A DNA stretch of 64,000 bases from a virus (lineage: Duplodnaviria; Heunggongvirae; Uroviricota; Caudoviricetes), in the IMG/VR virus record IMGVR_UViG_3300010365_001539, positions 76-64,075 of that record. One strand, 5' to 3'. A program made the position numbers and the translations under genes. Below are positions 1 to 9,026 of this stretch, in pieces. The notes below the pieces were generated by a model that saw nothing but the letters and a program-made list of their open reading frames with translations, was not told the origin of the DNA and searched no databases. Position 1 is the stretch's first letter. Each line of letters begins with the position of its first letter.

Positions 1-892
1 AGATGGTGTAGAACTTTATTTCAACCATGAAGTAAAAAAACTTAAAAATAAAGAAGGTAAATGGGTAATTAAAGTTAAAGACTTATCTACTGATGAAAAA
101 AGAAAAATAACTACTGACTTTGTATTTATTGGTGCAGGTGGTGGCTCACTTCCTTTATTAGAAAAATCGGGTATTCCAGAAATTGAAGGTTATGGTGGAT
201 TTCCAGTTAGTGGTCAATGGTTAAGATGTACCAACAGAGAAATTATTGAACAACACCAAGCCAAAGTATATGGTAAAGCTGGAGTTGGTGCACCACCAAT
301 GTCAGTTCCTCATGTTGATAGTAGAATGATTAATGGTAAAAAAGAATTATTGTTTGGACCTTATGCAGGATTTTCAACTAAATTCTTAAAAAATGGATCT
401 TATTGGGATTTATTTACTTCTATTAGATTCAATAACATCATTCCAATGATTGGTGTTGGCTTAAAAAACATTCCACTAACAAAGTATCTAATTGAACAAG
501 TTAGACAGTCTGGAAGTGATAGAATGAATGCTTTAAGAGAATATGTACCTGGTGCAAGATCAAAAGACTGGGTTTTAGAAACTGCAGGACAAAGAGTACA
601 AGTTATTAAAAAAGATGCTGATGGACATGGTGTATTAGAGTTTGGGACAGAAGTAATTACATCCGCAGATGGTTCAATTGCTGGTTTGTTAGGAGCTTCT
701 CCTGGTGCATCAACTGCAACATCTATTATGTTAGACTTACTCAAAAGATGTTTTCCTGAACAATTAGCAACAGAAGAATGGCAAACTAAGTTAAAAGAAA
801 TTATTCCTTCTTATGGTGAGAAATTAAATGATAATTCATATCTTTGTACACATACAAGAGTAACAACAAGTGAAATCTTAAAAATAAAATAA
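1..892 (+). CDS. mqo: malate:quinone oxidoreductase, C-terminal ~297 aa (5' end lies upstream of the window)
   Basis: Frame 2 is open from base 2 and continues into the listed ORF 299..892. The translation (GGGSLPLLEKSGIPEIEGYGGFPVSGQWLRCT...GVGAPPMSVPHVDSRMINGKKELLFGPYAGFSTKFLK...ASPGASTA) matches the conserved C-terminal half of Mqo by recall. Confidence 0.85.
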   Translation, partial: DGVELYFNHEVKKLKNKEGKWVIKVKDLSTDEKRKITTDFVFIGAGGGSLPLLEKSGIPEIEGYGGFPVSGQWLRCTNREIIEQHQAKVYGKAGVGAPPMSVPHVDSRMINGKKELLFGPYAGFSTKFLKNGSYWDLFTSIRFNNIIPMIGVGLKNIPLTKYLIEQVRQSGSDRMNALREYVPGARSKDWVLETAGQRVQVIKKDADGHGVLEFGTEVITSADGSIAGLLGASPGASTATSIMLDLLKRCFPEQLATEEWQTKLKEIIPSYGEKLNDNSYLCTHTRVTTSEILKIK

Positions 893-1293
893 TGACTCCA
901 AACAAGTTAAGAGAAGAATATATATTATGTGCAGCCATTTGGTATAAAGATGGGAAAGTTTATAAAGAACAACCTAAAAATATATCAACAGGAATTGTTG
1001 TAAGTGGTAGAAGACATAATAATTGTTTTATGACATTACAACAATTAAAATCCGACTTCAATCCTAATACTGTTAAGAAAGAAGAAGTAGATTTTGGTTT
1101 CTTAACTTCTTTTGATAGATATGTTGATAGAGAAGAAGGGTTTATAATTGCCAAAGAACAAAAACAAATTTGGCATAATTTAATACAACATGATATAAAT
1201 ATAAACTTTGGTGATGAAGTACATGTTCCATATGAGAAAAAGCTTTTAACAAGTGAAGATTTATACTATGATTATGACACAGATAATAAATAA
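892..1293 (+). CDS. hypothetical protein
   Basis: 133-aa ORF. Its start overlaps the mqo stop (TAATG). No recognisable motif. Confidence 0.5.
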   Translation: MTPNKLREEYILCAAIWYKDGKVYKEQPKNISTGIVVSGRRHNNCFMTLQQLKSDFNPNTVKKEEVDFGFLTSFDRYVDREEGFIIAKEQKQIWHNLIQHDININFGDEVHVPYEKKLLTSEDLYYDYDTDNK

Positions 1294-1309
1294 AAAATAA
1301 AAATAAATA

Positions 1310-1588
1310 ATGGCAACACAGACAACAACAAAATCTGGAGGAGTTAGCTTTGCAGGACTTCTTTTCTTACTTTTCTTAGGATTAAAACTAACTAATCAAA
1401 TTGATTGGTCTTGGTGGTGGGTAACTGCACCTTTATGGGGACCAATTGCTTTAGTATTAGGATTTGCATTAACTGTAATATTCATTGCAATTATAATTGC
1501 AGGAGTAGCTTTACTTTTTGGTAAAAAAGTTAATCTTAAAGAGGGATTTAAAAAAGGATTCAACAATAGTATTAAAAATCATAAATAA
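1310..1588 (+). CDS. small integral membrane protein (two hydrophobic segments, W-rich)
   Basis: 92-aa ORF with long hydrophobic stretches (LLFLLFLGL..., LWGPIALVLGFALTVIFIAIIIAGVALLF). Confidence 0.5.
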   Translation: MATQTTTKSGGVSFAGLLFLLFLGLKLTNQIDWSWWWVTAPLWGPIALVLGFALTVIFIAIIIAGVALLFGKKVNLKEGFKKGFNNSIKNHK

Positions 1589-2106
1589 TGACCACCAATT
1601 TGGACTTACTAAAAACAATTTATAATGCAACTATCAGTTTACCTATAAAAAACAGAATTAATCCTGAGAATAAAACATCTGTAACTATTGGTCACTATTA
1701 TAGTAGCAATGAACCTTATTGTAAACTTAATGAGAAGGTTACATACTTTAATTATAGATTAAATAAGACTGGTGATATGAAGTTTAGATATGAAATAGAT
1801 CTTTATAAAACAGAACCATCTAAATTATTTGGATTTGTAATTAACGAGGGTAGATATATTCTAAGAGTACAAATTAGTGAACCTACTAATTATTCCACAA
1901 ACTTTAAAAATGAGTATTTCTTTGATAGTGATGTTATTAAAACACCATTAGTTAAAGATATATTTAATTTTCTAATGAATAGAAATATAGAACTAACTAA
2001 TTTAGAACTATCTGAAAAGTTTGAATTATATGTTAATGATTTAAGTAAATCAGTTGACAAAAGTGTAACAAGAGAAGAAACACTAAATAAAATATTAGAC
2101 AAATAA
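1588..2106 (+). CDS. hypothetical protein
   Basis: 172-aa ORF with an ATAATG junction to the upstream gene. Confidence 0.5.
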   Translation: MTTNLDLLKTIYNATISLPIKNRINPENKTSVTIGHYYSSNEPYCKLNEKVTYFNYRLNKTGDMKFRYEIDLYKTEPSKLFGFVINEGRYILRVQISEPTNYSTNFKNEYFFDSDVIKTPLVKDIFNFLMNRNIELTNLELSEKFELYVNDLSKSVDKSVTREETLNKILDK

Positions 2107-2318
2107 TGAGCAAAAGTGTTTGCTATATAAAAAGAGATAATGATAGATTATCAATCAATGCAATCTACAAAGGTGAAGATGTTTGGGATTTAATTGAACA
2201 AAAAATAAATGAACTCTCTGGGAAAGATATACTTTTAAATATATCATTTCCAGAGGGAACTCAAATTGATTTAGATGGCTACACAAATCACATTAGAGGG
2301 TATCTTACAGAAGTTTGA
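2106..2318 (+). CDS. hypothetical protein
   Basis: 70-aa ORF with an ATAATG overlap to the upstream stop. Confidence 0.4.
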   Translation: MSKSVCYIKRDNDRLSINAIYKGEDVWDLIEQKINELSGKDILLNISFPEGTQIDLDGYTNHIRGYLTEV

Positions 2319-2450
2319 TTATAAAAATAATGGTAGGATATATAGTGAAAAAATTTACAGAGAAGAAGTTAGAAAGTTAGAAATAGAAATCAAGATGAAA
2401 AATAGAAAAAGAAAAATAGAAAATATTCTTTCTAATCTAAAATAAGTTTG

Positions 2451-2458
2451 TATATTTG
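2451..2458 (+). promoter_or_regulatory. Bacteroidetes-type -7 promoter element TATATTTG (TAnnTTTG)
   Basis: Exact TAnnTTTG match 16 nt upstream of the ATG at 2475. A TTTG lies just upstream. Confidence 0.45.
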
Positions 2459-2474
2459 CTTAAAATTATACTAA

Positions 2475-2969
2475 ATGAGACCAGAAAATAAATGGAAACA
2501 TACTTCACAATCTGATGAAGAACTAAAAAAAGTAGCTAAAGACCTTTACAACAATGAAATCTTTAGTAACTTACACTTGAATGAATATGACTCTCTTGAA
2601 AGTCACTTCATGTGTATGTTATTCATGGCTCCTAAAGAACCTCAAGTACCTCAACCAAAATCTGGTGAAAACCAATCTATCATAGACACAAGAGACAACA
2701 AAATCTATGATTTAATCCAACTACAAAAAGACCAAGAACAATATGAAAAAGATATGGTTGATTATCCTTTTGAATTAGAGGACTATCAAGCTTGGCTTAA
2801 AGACCTTGGTTTCATCTATGAATATTACACAGCAGGTCAATCACCAATGGCAATAAATGGTAAACCAGTATTCTTTTCTATGAGATTAATGTGTAAAGAA
2901 GATACAAATAAAATGTTGGAGTTCTATCACCAATACAAAGAAATCAGAGAAACTGCAGACAACTTTTAA
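2475..2969 (+). CDS. hypothetical protein
   Basis: 164-aa ORF downstream of the promoter-like motif. Confidence 0.5.
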   Translation: MRPENKWKHTSQSDEELKKVAKDLYNNEIFSNLHLNEYDSLESHFMCMLFMAPKEPQVPQPKSGENQSIIDTRDNKIYDLIQLQKDQEQYEKDMVDYPFELEDYQAWLKDLGFIYEYYTAGQSPMAINGKPVFFSMRLMCKEDTNKMLEFYHQYKEIRETADNF

Positions 2970-2988
2970 TAATCAAAAACAAATACAT

Positions 2989-5046
2989 ATGAAAAATTTT
3001 CTTACATTACTTACAATTTTCTTAACATCAATTACATTTGGACAAGTTGACACTACTAAAGTAAACACTTTAGATGAAGTTACTGTTACAGCATCAAGAT
3101 TCAAATTAGAATCTGCTTCAGCAAAAACTATTAAAATGGATTCTGTTAAAACTTATCATGCACAAGAAACTCCTTATTTCTTCTCAACAACTCCATCAGT
3201 AGTTGCTCAGAGTGATAATGGTACTCCTTTTGGATATTCTTATTTTACTCTAAGAGGTATGGGTCAAAATCGTATCAACTATACATTAAATGGTGTTCCA
3301 TTAAATGATGGTGAAGATTTAGCAGTTTATACTTCTAATTATACTGACTTACTTAATAGTTTACGTTCTGTTCAAATCACCAGAGGTGCAGGTGTATCTG
3401 CAAATGGTTCAAGTTCTTATATTGGTTTAGTTAATATGGATTTAACAAGTCCATTTGATACTAAATCTGGTGAGTTTACATCTATGTTAGGTAGTTTTAA
3501 CTCAAGAAAGACATCTGTAAAAGTAAATACTGGTGTTAGTAAAAAAGGATTTGGTGCAACTTTTAGAGCATCAGAAACTTATACAGATGGATTTAGAGAC
3601 TTTTCATCTGGTAAAAGTCAATCTTTCTCAACATCTTTAGGATATAGAACAGAATATACATCAATTAGATTTAATGTTGTTTTTGGTAAAACTAAAAATG
3701 GTCAAGCATGGTTACCTGTCCCAGAAGGACTACCTGTTACAACAAATATCTTAGCAACTGCTTTTGGAATTAAACCACAATATGATGATTTTACAAGTGG
3801 TATCTATCAGTTACAAGTTGCTGGTAAATTCTCTGAACAAACTATATTCAATTTGAGTACTTACTTTACTCATGTTGATGGCAATTATGATATGCCTGCT
3901 TTTAGTGAAAACTATCCAGATAATACAAATAACTTAAAACTTAACTCAGCAAATTGGGGTGCATACTATAATGTTAAACACACAAGTAATGGTTTTACAA
4001 TTGAGCCAGGATTTACACTTAATTCATATTCAAGAAAACACACAGGAACAACAGATGGTGTATTTCAATATGATAATTTGGGAGAGAAATTTGATGCAAC
4101 TGCATTCACAAAAGCATCTTATAAATTAGGATTAGATTGGACAATTGAAGGTGACTACCAATTTAGAAGTACTTCTTTTACATATAAAAATGAATCTGAA
4201 AATTTTGGTGCTAAACTATATGAATATAACTTTCATAATTATTCCTTTGGATTGTCATACAGAGGTAATGATGTATTTAAACCTTATATAAGTTTTGGAA
4301 AATCTTCAAGAGAACCAAGTAGAACAAACTTACTATTTAAACTAGATAATACACCAAATAATTATGTAACTGATGGAACAACAATATCAACTGATAATAT
4401 ATCAAACCAGTCACAAATATCAAACACAAAATATGAAACTGTTAGAGATTTAGAAGTAGGTACTAAAATCAATTCTAAGTATATAAATGGATCTTTTAAT
4501 ACATACTATATGTATTTTAATAATGAAATTGTATCTATTGGTCAATTAAACTCAATGGGTATAGCATTAGGAACTAATGCTGATAAAAGTTATAGAGTAG
4601 GATTTGAAGGTGATTTAACATTAAAATTGAAAAAAATAGAAGTAGGAACAACATTTAATTTTTCCAAAAATAAAGTTTGGTTAGATGATGTAAAATCAGA
4701 ACCAGTATTGACACCTAACTTCATATCTAACTTATTTATAGACTATAATATTGGTAAGCTAAGCATTGGAACAAATTATAAATATGTTACACAATCATTT
4801 TTAGATAATAGTAATACATTCATCTGTCCAGAATATCACTTGGTAGATGCACATATTGGTTATAAATTCAAATCTGGTATATTGTTAAACCTATTTGTAA
4901 ATAATTTATTGAATAAAAATTGGACAACTGGTGGTAGTGTAGGATATCCTACAAATCCTGATGGTAGTAGTGCAGGAGATCCTTATAGACAATTTTACTA
5001 CACTGCAGGAACTAATACTTACTTAACACTAAACTATAAGTTCTAA
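2989..5046 (+). CDS. TonB-dependent receptor-like outer-membrane beta-barrel protein
   Basis: Signal peptide is followed by a TonB-box-like DEVTVTASR. Plug-domain-like motifs are present (FTLRGMGQNRINYTLNGVPLND, ITRGAGVSANGSSSYIGLVNM). The protein is long, beta-rich and aromatic-rich, and ends in a terminal Phe (…LNYKF), as TonB-dependent receptors do. Confidence 0.7.
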   Translation: MKNFLTLLTIFLTSITFGQVDTTKVNTLDEVTVTASRFKLESASAKTIKMDSVKTYHAQETPYFFSTTPSVVAQSDNGTPFGYSYFTLRGMGQNRINYTLNGVPLNDGEDLAVYTSNYTDLLNSLRSVQITRGAGVSANGSSSYIGLVNMDLTSPFDTKSGEFTSMLGSFNSRKTSVKVNTGVSKKGFGATFRASETYTDGFRDFSSGKSQSFSTSLGYRTEYTSIRFNVVFGKTKNGQAWLPVPEGLPVTTNILATAFGIKPQYDDFTSGIYQLQVAGKFSEQTIFNLSTYFTHVDGNYDMPAFSENYPDNTNNLKLNSANWGAYYNVKHTSNGFTIEPGFTLNSYSRKHTGTTDGVFQYDNLGEKFDATAFTKASYKLGLDWTIEGDYQFRSTSFTYKNESENFGAKLYEYNFHNYSFGLSYRGNDVFKPYISFGKSSREPSRTNLLFKLDNTPNNYVTDGTTISTDNISNQSQISNTKYETVRDLEVGTKINSKYINGSFNTYYMYFNNEIVSIGQLNSMGIALGTNADKSYRVGFEGDLTLKLKKIEVGTTFNFSKNKVWLDDVKSEPVLTPNFISNLFIDYNIGKLSIGTNYKYVTQSFLDNSNTFICPEYHLVDAHIGYKFKSGILLNLFVNNLLNKNWTTGGSVGYPTNPDGSSAGDPYRQFYYTAGTNTYLTLNYKF

Positions 5047-5441
5047 TGGACAAGAATAAGATTGTTAATAGTTTTGATATATTTGATAAATATGGTGATA
5101 TTGAAAAATTTCACCATTTATTAGAAAGTAAATTTGAAAAATATGAAAATACAATCACAGTAAATATGGGCTCATTCAAATACCCAAACTATGTTAAGAA
5201 AAAAGTTCCAGGTATTGCAGATAACTCAATCTATCTAATTGCAGAAGATGATTATTTTAGATTAATCTATGACAAAGGAATTGCAATGTTTGACTTAACA
5301 ATTAGAAAAGGACTATTAGTGAGTGAGTCAATAAAATTATCATCATCACTAACTAAAAATAAAGAAGATTTAACAAGAGTAATTGAATTATTAATTCACA
5401 AATTAAATGAACCAAGTAGAAATAATAGCAGTAGTCTTTAG
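5046..5441 (+). CDS. hypothetical protein
   Basis: 131-aa ORF with an ATG overlapping the upstream stop (TAATG). Confidence 0.45.
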   Translation: MDKNKIVNSFDIFDKYGDIEKFHHLLESKFEKYENTITVNMGSFKYPNYVKKKVPGIADNSIYLIAEDDYFRLIYDKGIAMFDLTIRKGLLVSESIKLSSSLTKNKEDLTRVIELLIHKLNEPSRNNSSSL

Positions 5442-5955
5442 TTTATTATCTGTAATCCTTGCAGTTAAAAACAACTTTCTTACATGGCCAGTAGGTATTG
5501 TAGGTGTCATATTCTATGGGATTTTGTTTTATCAAACAAAAACTTGGGGAAATATGTTCCTACAATTTCTCTTTATAGCTCAATCATTATATGGTTGGTA
5601 TAATTGGAAGAAAGATAAAGTAATTCTACCTATTGAGAAATTAGATAAACATGATGTAAATCTATTTGCAATAACAACTGGTTTACTATGTTTCTTTATA
5701 TCATTTGTACTTCTAATGACTGGTGATAAACAACCTTATCTTGATGGTATAACAACAGGATTAAGTATAGTTGGAACTTTATTATTAGCATTCAAAAAAA
5801 TAGATAATTGGTATTATTGGATAGCAGCAGATGTACTTTACATTTATTTATTTTATTCTCAGGGACTTTATTGGTCAACTGGAATATATTTTGTATTTTT
5901 GTTACTTGCAATATCAGGATTAAAAACATGGAATATGTCCTTAAAGAAGAGGTAA
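5407..5955 (+). CDS. pnuC: nicotinamide riboside transporter PnuC
   Basis: Multi-pass membrane protein with PnuC-like motifs (LYGWYNWKK, NWYYWIAADVLYIYLF) and the right size (182 aa). Confidence 0.8.
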   Translation: MNQVEIIAVVFSLLSVILAVKNNFLTWPVGIVGVIFYGILFYQTKTWGNMFLQFLFIAQSLYGWYNWKKDKVILPIEKLDKHDVNLFAITTGLLCFFISFVLLMTGDKQPYLDGITTGLSIVGTLLLAFKKIDNWYYWIAADVLYIYLFYSQGLYWSTGIYFVFLLLAISGLKTWNMSLKKR

Positions 5956-5990
5956 TAATTGTAATATATACATAAAAAGAAATTATTAAA

Positions 5991-6836
5991 ATGTATATAA
6001 AAGAAAGTGAAATTGTTAAAATTACAATATCTGATATAAGTAAAACAAAGTGGGAGAAAAAAATAGGTAAAAAAATTGAAGGAAATGAGATTGAAGTACA
6101 CTGGACTCTTCTAAAAGGATCAACATTTAGAACCATATCTATAAATTTAATATGTGATGATTGTAATATAATTCATAAAAGACGTATAAGAGATTTAGAT
6201 GTAGAAAGTAATATACATTATTGTAATAAATGTTTTAATAAAGGTAAAAGAAATGGTAACTTTGGCAAACCTTGTTCAGAAAAATCTAAAGAGGGTACAA
6301 AAAAATTTATGGAGTTAAATGGTAATCCATTTACCTGGGAAAGTAGTAAAATAAAAATAAGAGAGGCAAAACCTTGGGAAAAAGCACATAGTGCAAATAC
6401 TGGAAGTAAAAGAAGTGAAGAGGTTAAAACTAAAATGAGTGAGTCTGCAATTCTTGCTTTTAAAGAAGGTCGTAGAAGTCCTGGTAGTGGTTGGGCAAGA
6501 ATACATACAAAAGAATATAAAGGATTGGACTATCAAAGTAAATATGAACTAAAGTTTATACAATATTTGGAATCTAAAGGTAAATTAGATATTATTGAAA
6601 AAGGACCAACAATTCCTTACTTTGATATGAATGGTAAAGAACATATGTATTTCAGTGATTTTAAAATAAAAAACACAAATATAATATTTGAAATAAAATC
6701 TTGGTATTATTGGGAAAAAAACAAAGAAATAAATATCATAAAAAAAGAAACCGCTTCAAAAATATATGATTTTTATTTAATAATGGACAACAACTTTTCA
6801 GACATTGATAAACTAATTGAAAATGAAAAAATATAA
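5991..6836 (+). CDS. homing-endonuclease-like protein with an N-terminal Cys cluster, three NUMOD3-like repeats and a possible C-terminal PD-(D/E)xK-like region
   Basis: Three repeats resemble the NUMOD3 DNA-binding motif: NGNFGKPCSEKSKEGTKKF, NGNPFTWESSKIKIREA and HSANTGSKRSEEVKTKMSES. A Cys cluster CDDCN...YCNKC is present. The C-terminal segment ...YFSDFKIKNTNIIFEIKSWYYW could be a D...EIK nuclease motif. The gene sits between pnuC and nadR. Confidence 0.5.
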   Translation: MYIKESEIVKITISDISKTKWEKKIGKKIEGNEIEVHWTLLKGSTFRTISINLICDDCNIIHKRRIRDLDVESNIHYCNKCFNKGKRNGNFGKPCSEKSKEGTKKFMELNGNPFTWESSKIKIREAKPWEKAHSANTGSKRSEEVKTKMSESAILAFKEGRRSPGSGWARIHTKEYKGLDYQSKYELKFIQYLESKGKLDIIEKGPTIPYFDMNGKEHMYFSDFKIKNTNIIFEIKSWYYWEKNKEINIIKKETASKIYDFYLIMDNNFSDIDKLIENEKI

Positions 6837-7833
6837 AAATTCACTTGCCTTAATGAAGGCATACCCACCTCACTTAGGTCACTTATACCTAATTGATACT
6901 GCTATAGAAAATAGTGAGCATACTCATGTAGTTATCTCACATAATAAATCTCAGACAATACCTGGTGAAATCAGATTTAATTGTTTAAAAGAAATCTATA
7001 AAGATAATCCTAATGTAACTGTATATAACTTTGATGATACAGGACTTCCTCAATATGATTATGAATGTAAAACTCTTGATGAATTCTACTCTTATTGGGT
7101 TCCAGAAATCTATAAATTAGTTGATGGATTAGATGCAGTATTTACATCTGAAAGTTATGGTGATGATTTTGCTAAATATCTTGGTGTAGAACACTTTTTA
7201 GTTGATAAGGAAAGAACTACATACCCTGTATCAGGAACTGCCATTAGAACCAATACTTTTGATAAATGGGACTATATACCTCAACAAATAAAACCATACT
7301 TTGTGAAAAGAATTGCCATAATGGGTCCAGAATCTGTTGGTAAATCTACAATGACCAGAGAACTGGCAAATTGGTATCAAACTAATTTTGTTGATGAATA
7401 TGGTAGAACAGTTTATGAAGCTAATGGTAATAAAGTAACTCATGAAGATTTTATAACAATTTCAGTTGGTAGACAATCATTAGAAGATTGGAATCTTAAA
7501 AAATCAAATAAATTATTATTCTGTGATACAGAGGATATAACAACATATCTTTTCTTAAAGATGTATTGTGATGATTGGACTAAAGAAGAAGACCAGTGGT
7601 TCTTAAAAACACTCTCAGAGAAGAAACCATATGATTTGTATATCTTATTGAAACCAGATTTTGAAGGAGTACAAGATGGTACAAGAAGTTTTCTTGAAAT
7701 AAGACAAGAACATTATGAAACTATTAGAGAAGAATTAGTATTAAGAGGTTGTAATTTCATAGAAGTTGGTGGAGATTGGAAAGAAAGATTTGAAGAGTGT
7801 AAAAGAAATATAGAATTAAATTTTAATATATAA
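6817..7833 (+). CDS. nadR: bifunctional NMN adenylyltransferase / ribosylnicotinamide kinase (NadR-like, without the HTH domain)
   Basis: The N-terminal nucleotidyltransferase motif YPPHLGHLYL is the (H/T)xGH motif. A Walker-A GPESVGKST lies in the C-terminal kinase half. Overall NadR architecture, immediately downstream of pnuC. Confidence 0.85.
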   Translation: MKMKKYKNSLALMKAYPPHLGHLYLIDTAIENSEHTHVVISHNKSQTIPGEIRFNCLKEIYKDNPNVTVYNFDDTGLPQYDYECKTLDEFYSYWVPEIYKLVDGLDAVFTSESYGDDFAKYLGVEHFLVDKERTTYPVSGTAIRTNTFDKWDYIPQQIKPYFVKRIAIMGPESVGKSTMTRELANWYQTNFVDEYGRTVYEANGNKVTHEDFITISVGRQSLEDWNLKKSNKLLFCDTEDITTYLFLKMYCDDWTKEEDQWFLKTLSEKKPYDLYILLKPDFEGVQDGTRSFLEIRQEHYETIREELVLRGCNFIEVGGDWKERFEECKRNIELNFNI

Positions 7834-7836
7834 TTT

Positions 7837-8151
7837 ATGGAAAAGTTCACAGATAGAATAAATGAATCAGTTAGTAAGAAAGTATTTATAGAACCTGTTG
7901 CAAGTGCATCAGACTTTCTTGAATTTATTGATGAAAATGATTTTGACTTTGATGGTAATGAATTCTTTGATGGTATGGATATGTGGGAAGAAGGTACATT
8001 ATCAAGTAGATATTCTAAAGATTGGTGTCAAAAAGTAATTGATGGTAATACAGGAGAATATTGGGAAAGAAAAAAAGAATATTATCCAGCAATTCTTAAA
8101 TTGTTAGTAGATTACAATTTAGATACAATAAGATTTGCTTGTGATTGGTAA
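7837..8151 (+). CDS. hypothetical acidic protein
   Basis: 104-aa ORF, D/E-rich. Confidence 0.45.
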   Translation: MEKFTDRINESVSKKVFIEPVASASDFLEFIDENDFDFDGNEFFDGMDMWEEGTLSSRYSKDWCQKVIDGNTGEYWERKKEYYPAILKLLVDYNLDTIRFACDW

Positions 8152-8167
8152 AAAATAATTATAATAA

Positions 8168-8545
8168 ATGAAACACTTAAAAAAGTTTAATGAAATGAAT
8201 AATATAGATATGAATATATCTGGTCTTAAATGTGATAATTGTGATTACTCAGATCCATCAGTTAAATTAGAAGACTATGAAAAAAGTATTGGTAAACCTT
8301 GTCCTAAATGTGGTGAAAGTTTATTAACTCAAGAAGATTATGATGGTGTAATGCAAATTGTTCAAGCAGTTGAAATGTTAAATGGATTCTCAGAAGCAGA
8401 TATAGATGCAATTGCAGGTAATCTTTCAGAAGATGAAATTGATGGTGCATTAGATATGATGAACTTATTAAAAATGACCAAAACTGGTGAAACAGAAGAT
8501 GGTAGAGAAAAATGGGATATGGGTGGATTACCTAACAGAATATAA
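8168..8545 (+). CDS. leader-family protein (N-terminal MKHLKKFNE) with a zinc-ribbon-like Cys cluster
   Basis: N-terminal MKHLKKFNEMNN. Cys cluster CDNCDYSD...CPKCGES. Acidic C-terminus. Confidence 0.5.
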   Translation: MKHLKKFNEMNNIDMNISGLKCDNCDYSDPSVKLEDYEKSIGKPCPKCGESLLTQEDYDGVMQIVQAVEMLNGFSEADIDAIAGNLSEDEIDGALDMMNLLKMTKTGETEDGREKWDMGGLPNRI

Positions 8546-8547
8546 TT

Positions 8548-8994
8548 ATGATTAAAAATTATAACCAATTTATAAATGAAGAATTTAGTAATGATACCAT
8601 TATTGAAGTCCTAATAATTTTAGAGGATATACAAAAACAACTTAAAAAAGGTATTTGTCCAATGAAAATTATAAGTGAGAATCCAATTATATTTGAGTAT
8701 CATTCTGGTGCAATATATACAGATCAAATAGGTATAAACTTTAAACCACATCACCATTATGAAAAGGTATCTATAGACAATGAAAATAATCAAATAGTTA
8801 TTAAATGGTTAGATGTTATTGATACTATGTGGCCACACTATACACCAAATGAATTAAGATTTAATAGTGTAGATGAAATTGAAAAATTCCTTAAAAATAG
8901 ATATTTAGATAATAAATGGGAATTAAGAAAACTTAAAAAAGGTAGATATTTAACAGATGATGGTGTAGATGATATACCTTGGAATCTTAGATAA
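8548..8994 (+). CDS. hypothetical protein
   Basis: 148-aa ORF with an ATAATTATG junction. Confidence 0.5.
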   Translation: MIKNYNQFINEEFSNDTIIEVLIILEDIQKQLKKGICPMKIISENPIIFEYHSGAIYTDQIGINFKPHHHYEKVSIDNENNQIVIKWLDVIDTMWPHYTPNELRFNSVDEIEKFLKNRYLDNKWELRKLKKGRYLTDDGVDDIPWNLR

Positions 8995-9000
8995 ATAAAA

Positions 9001-9025
9001 AAGACTCAAATTGAGTCTTTTTCTA
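9001..9025. terminator. bidirectional rho-independent terminator
   Basis: Hairpin AAGACTCAA-ATT-TGAGTCTT is flanked by an A-run upstream and a T-run downstream. It lies between convergent genes 8548..8994 (+) and 9027..9506 (-). Confidence 0.7.
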
Positions 9026-9026
9026 T

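Noticed and set aside
400-744. - strand ORF inside mqo
   Set aside because: Antisense to a well-supported conserved coding region.
2340-2450. Tiny ORFs in the 2320..2474 spacer (e.g. MKNRKRKIENILSNLK)
   Set aside because: Under 20 codons and low complexity. More likely promoter or UTR sequence.
5792-6136. - strand ORFs 5792..6136 and 5868..6101
   Set aside because: Antisense to pnuC and the endonuclease-like gene. Translations are extremely low-complexity (F/Y/N/I-rich), typical of AT-rich antisense frames.
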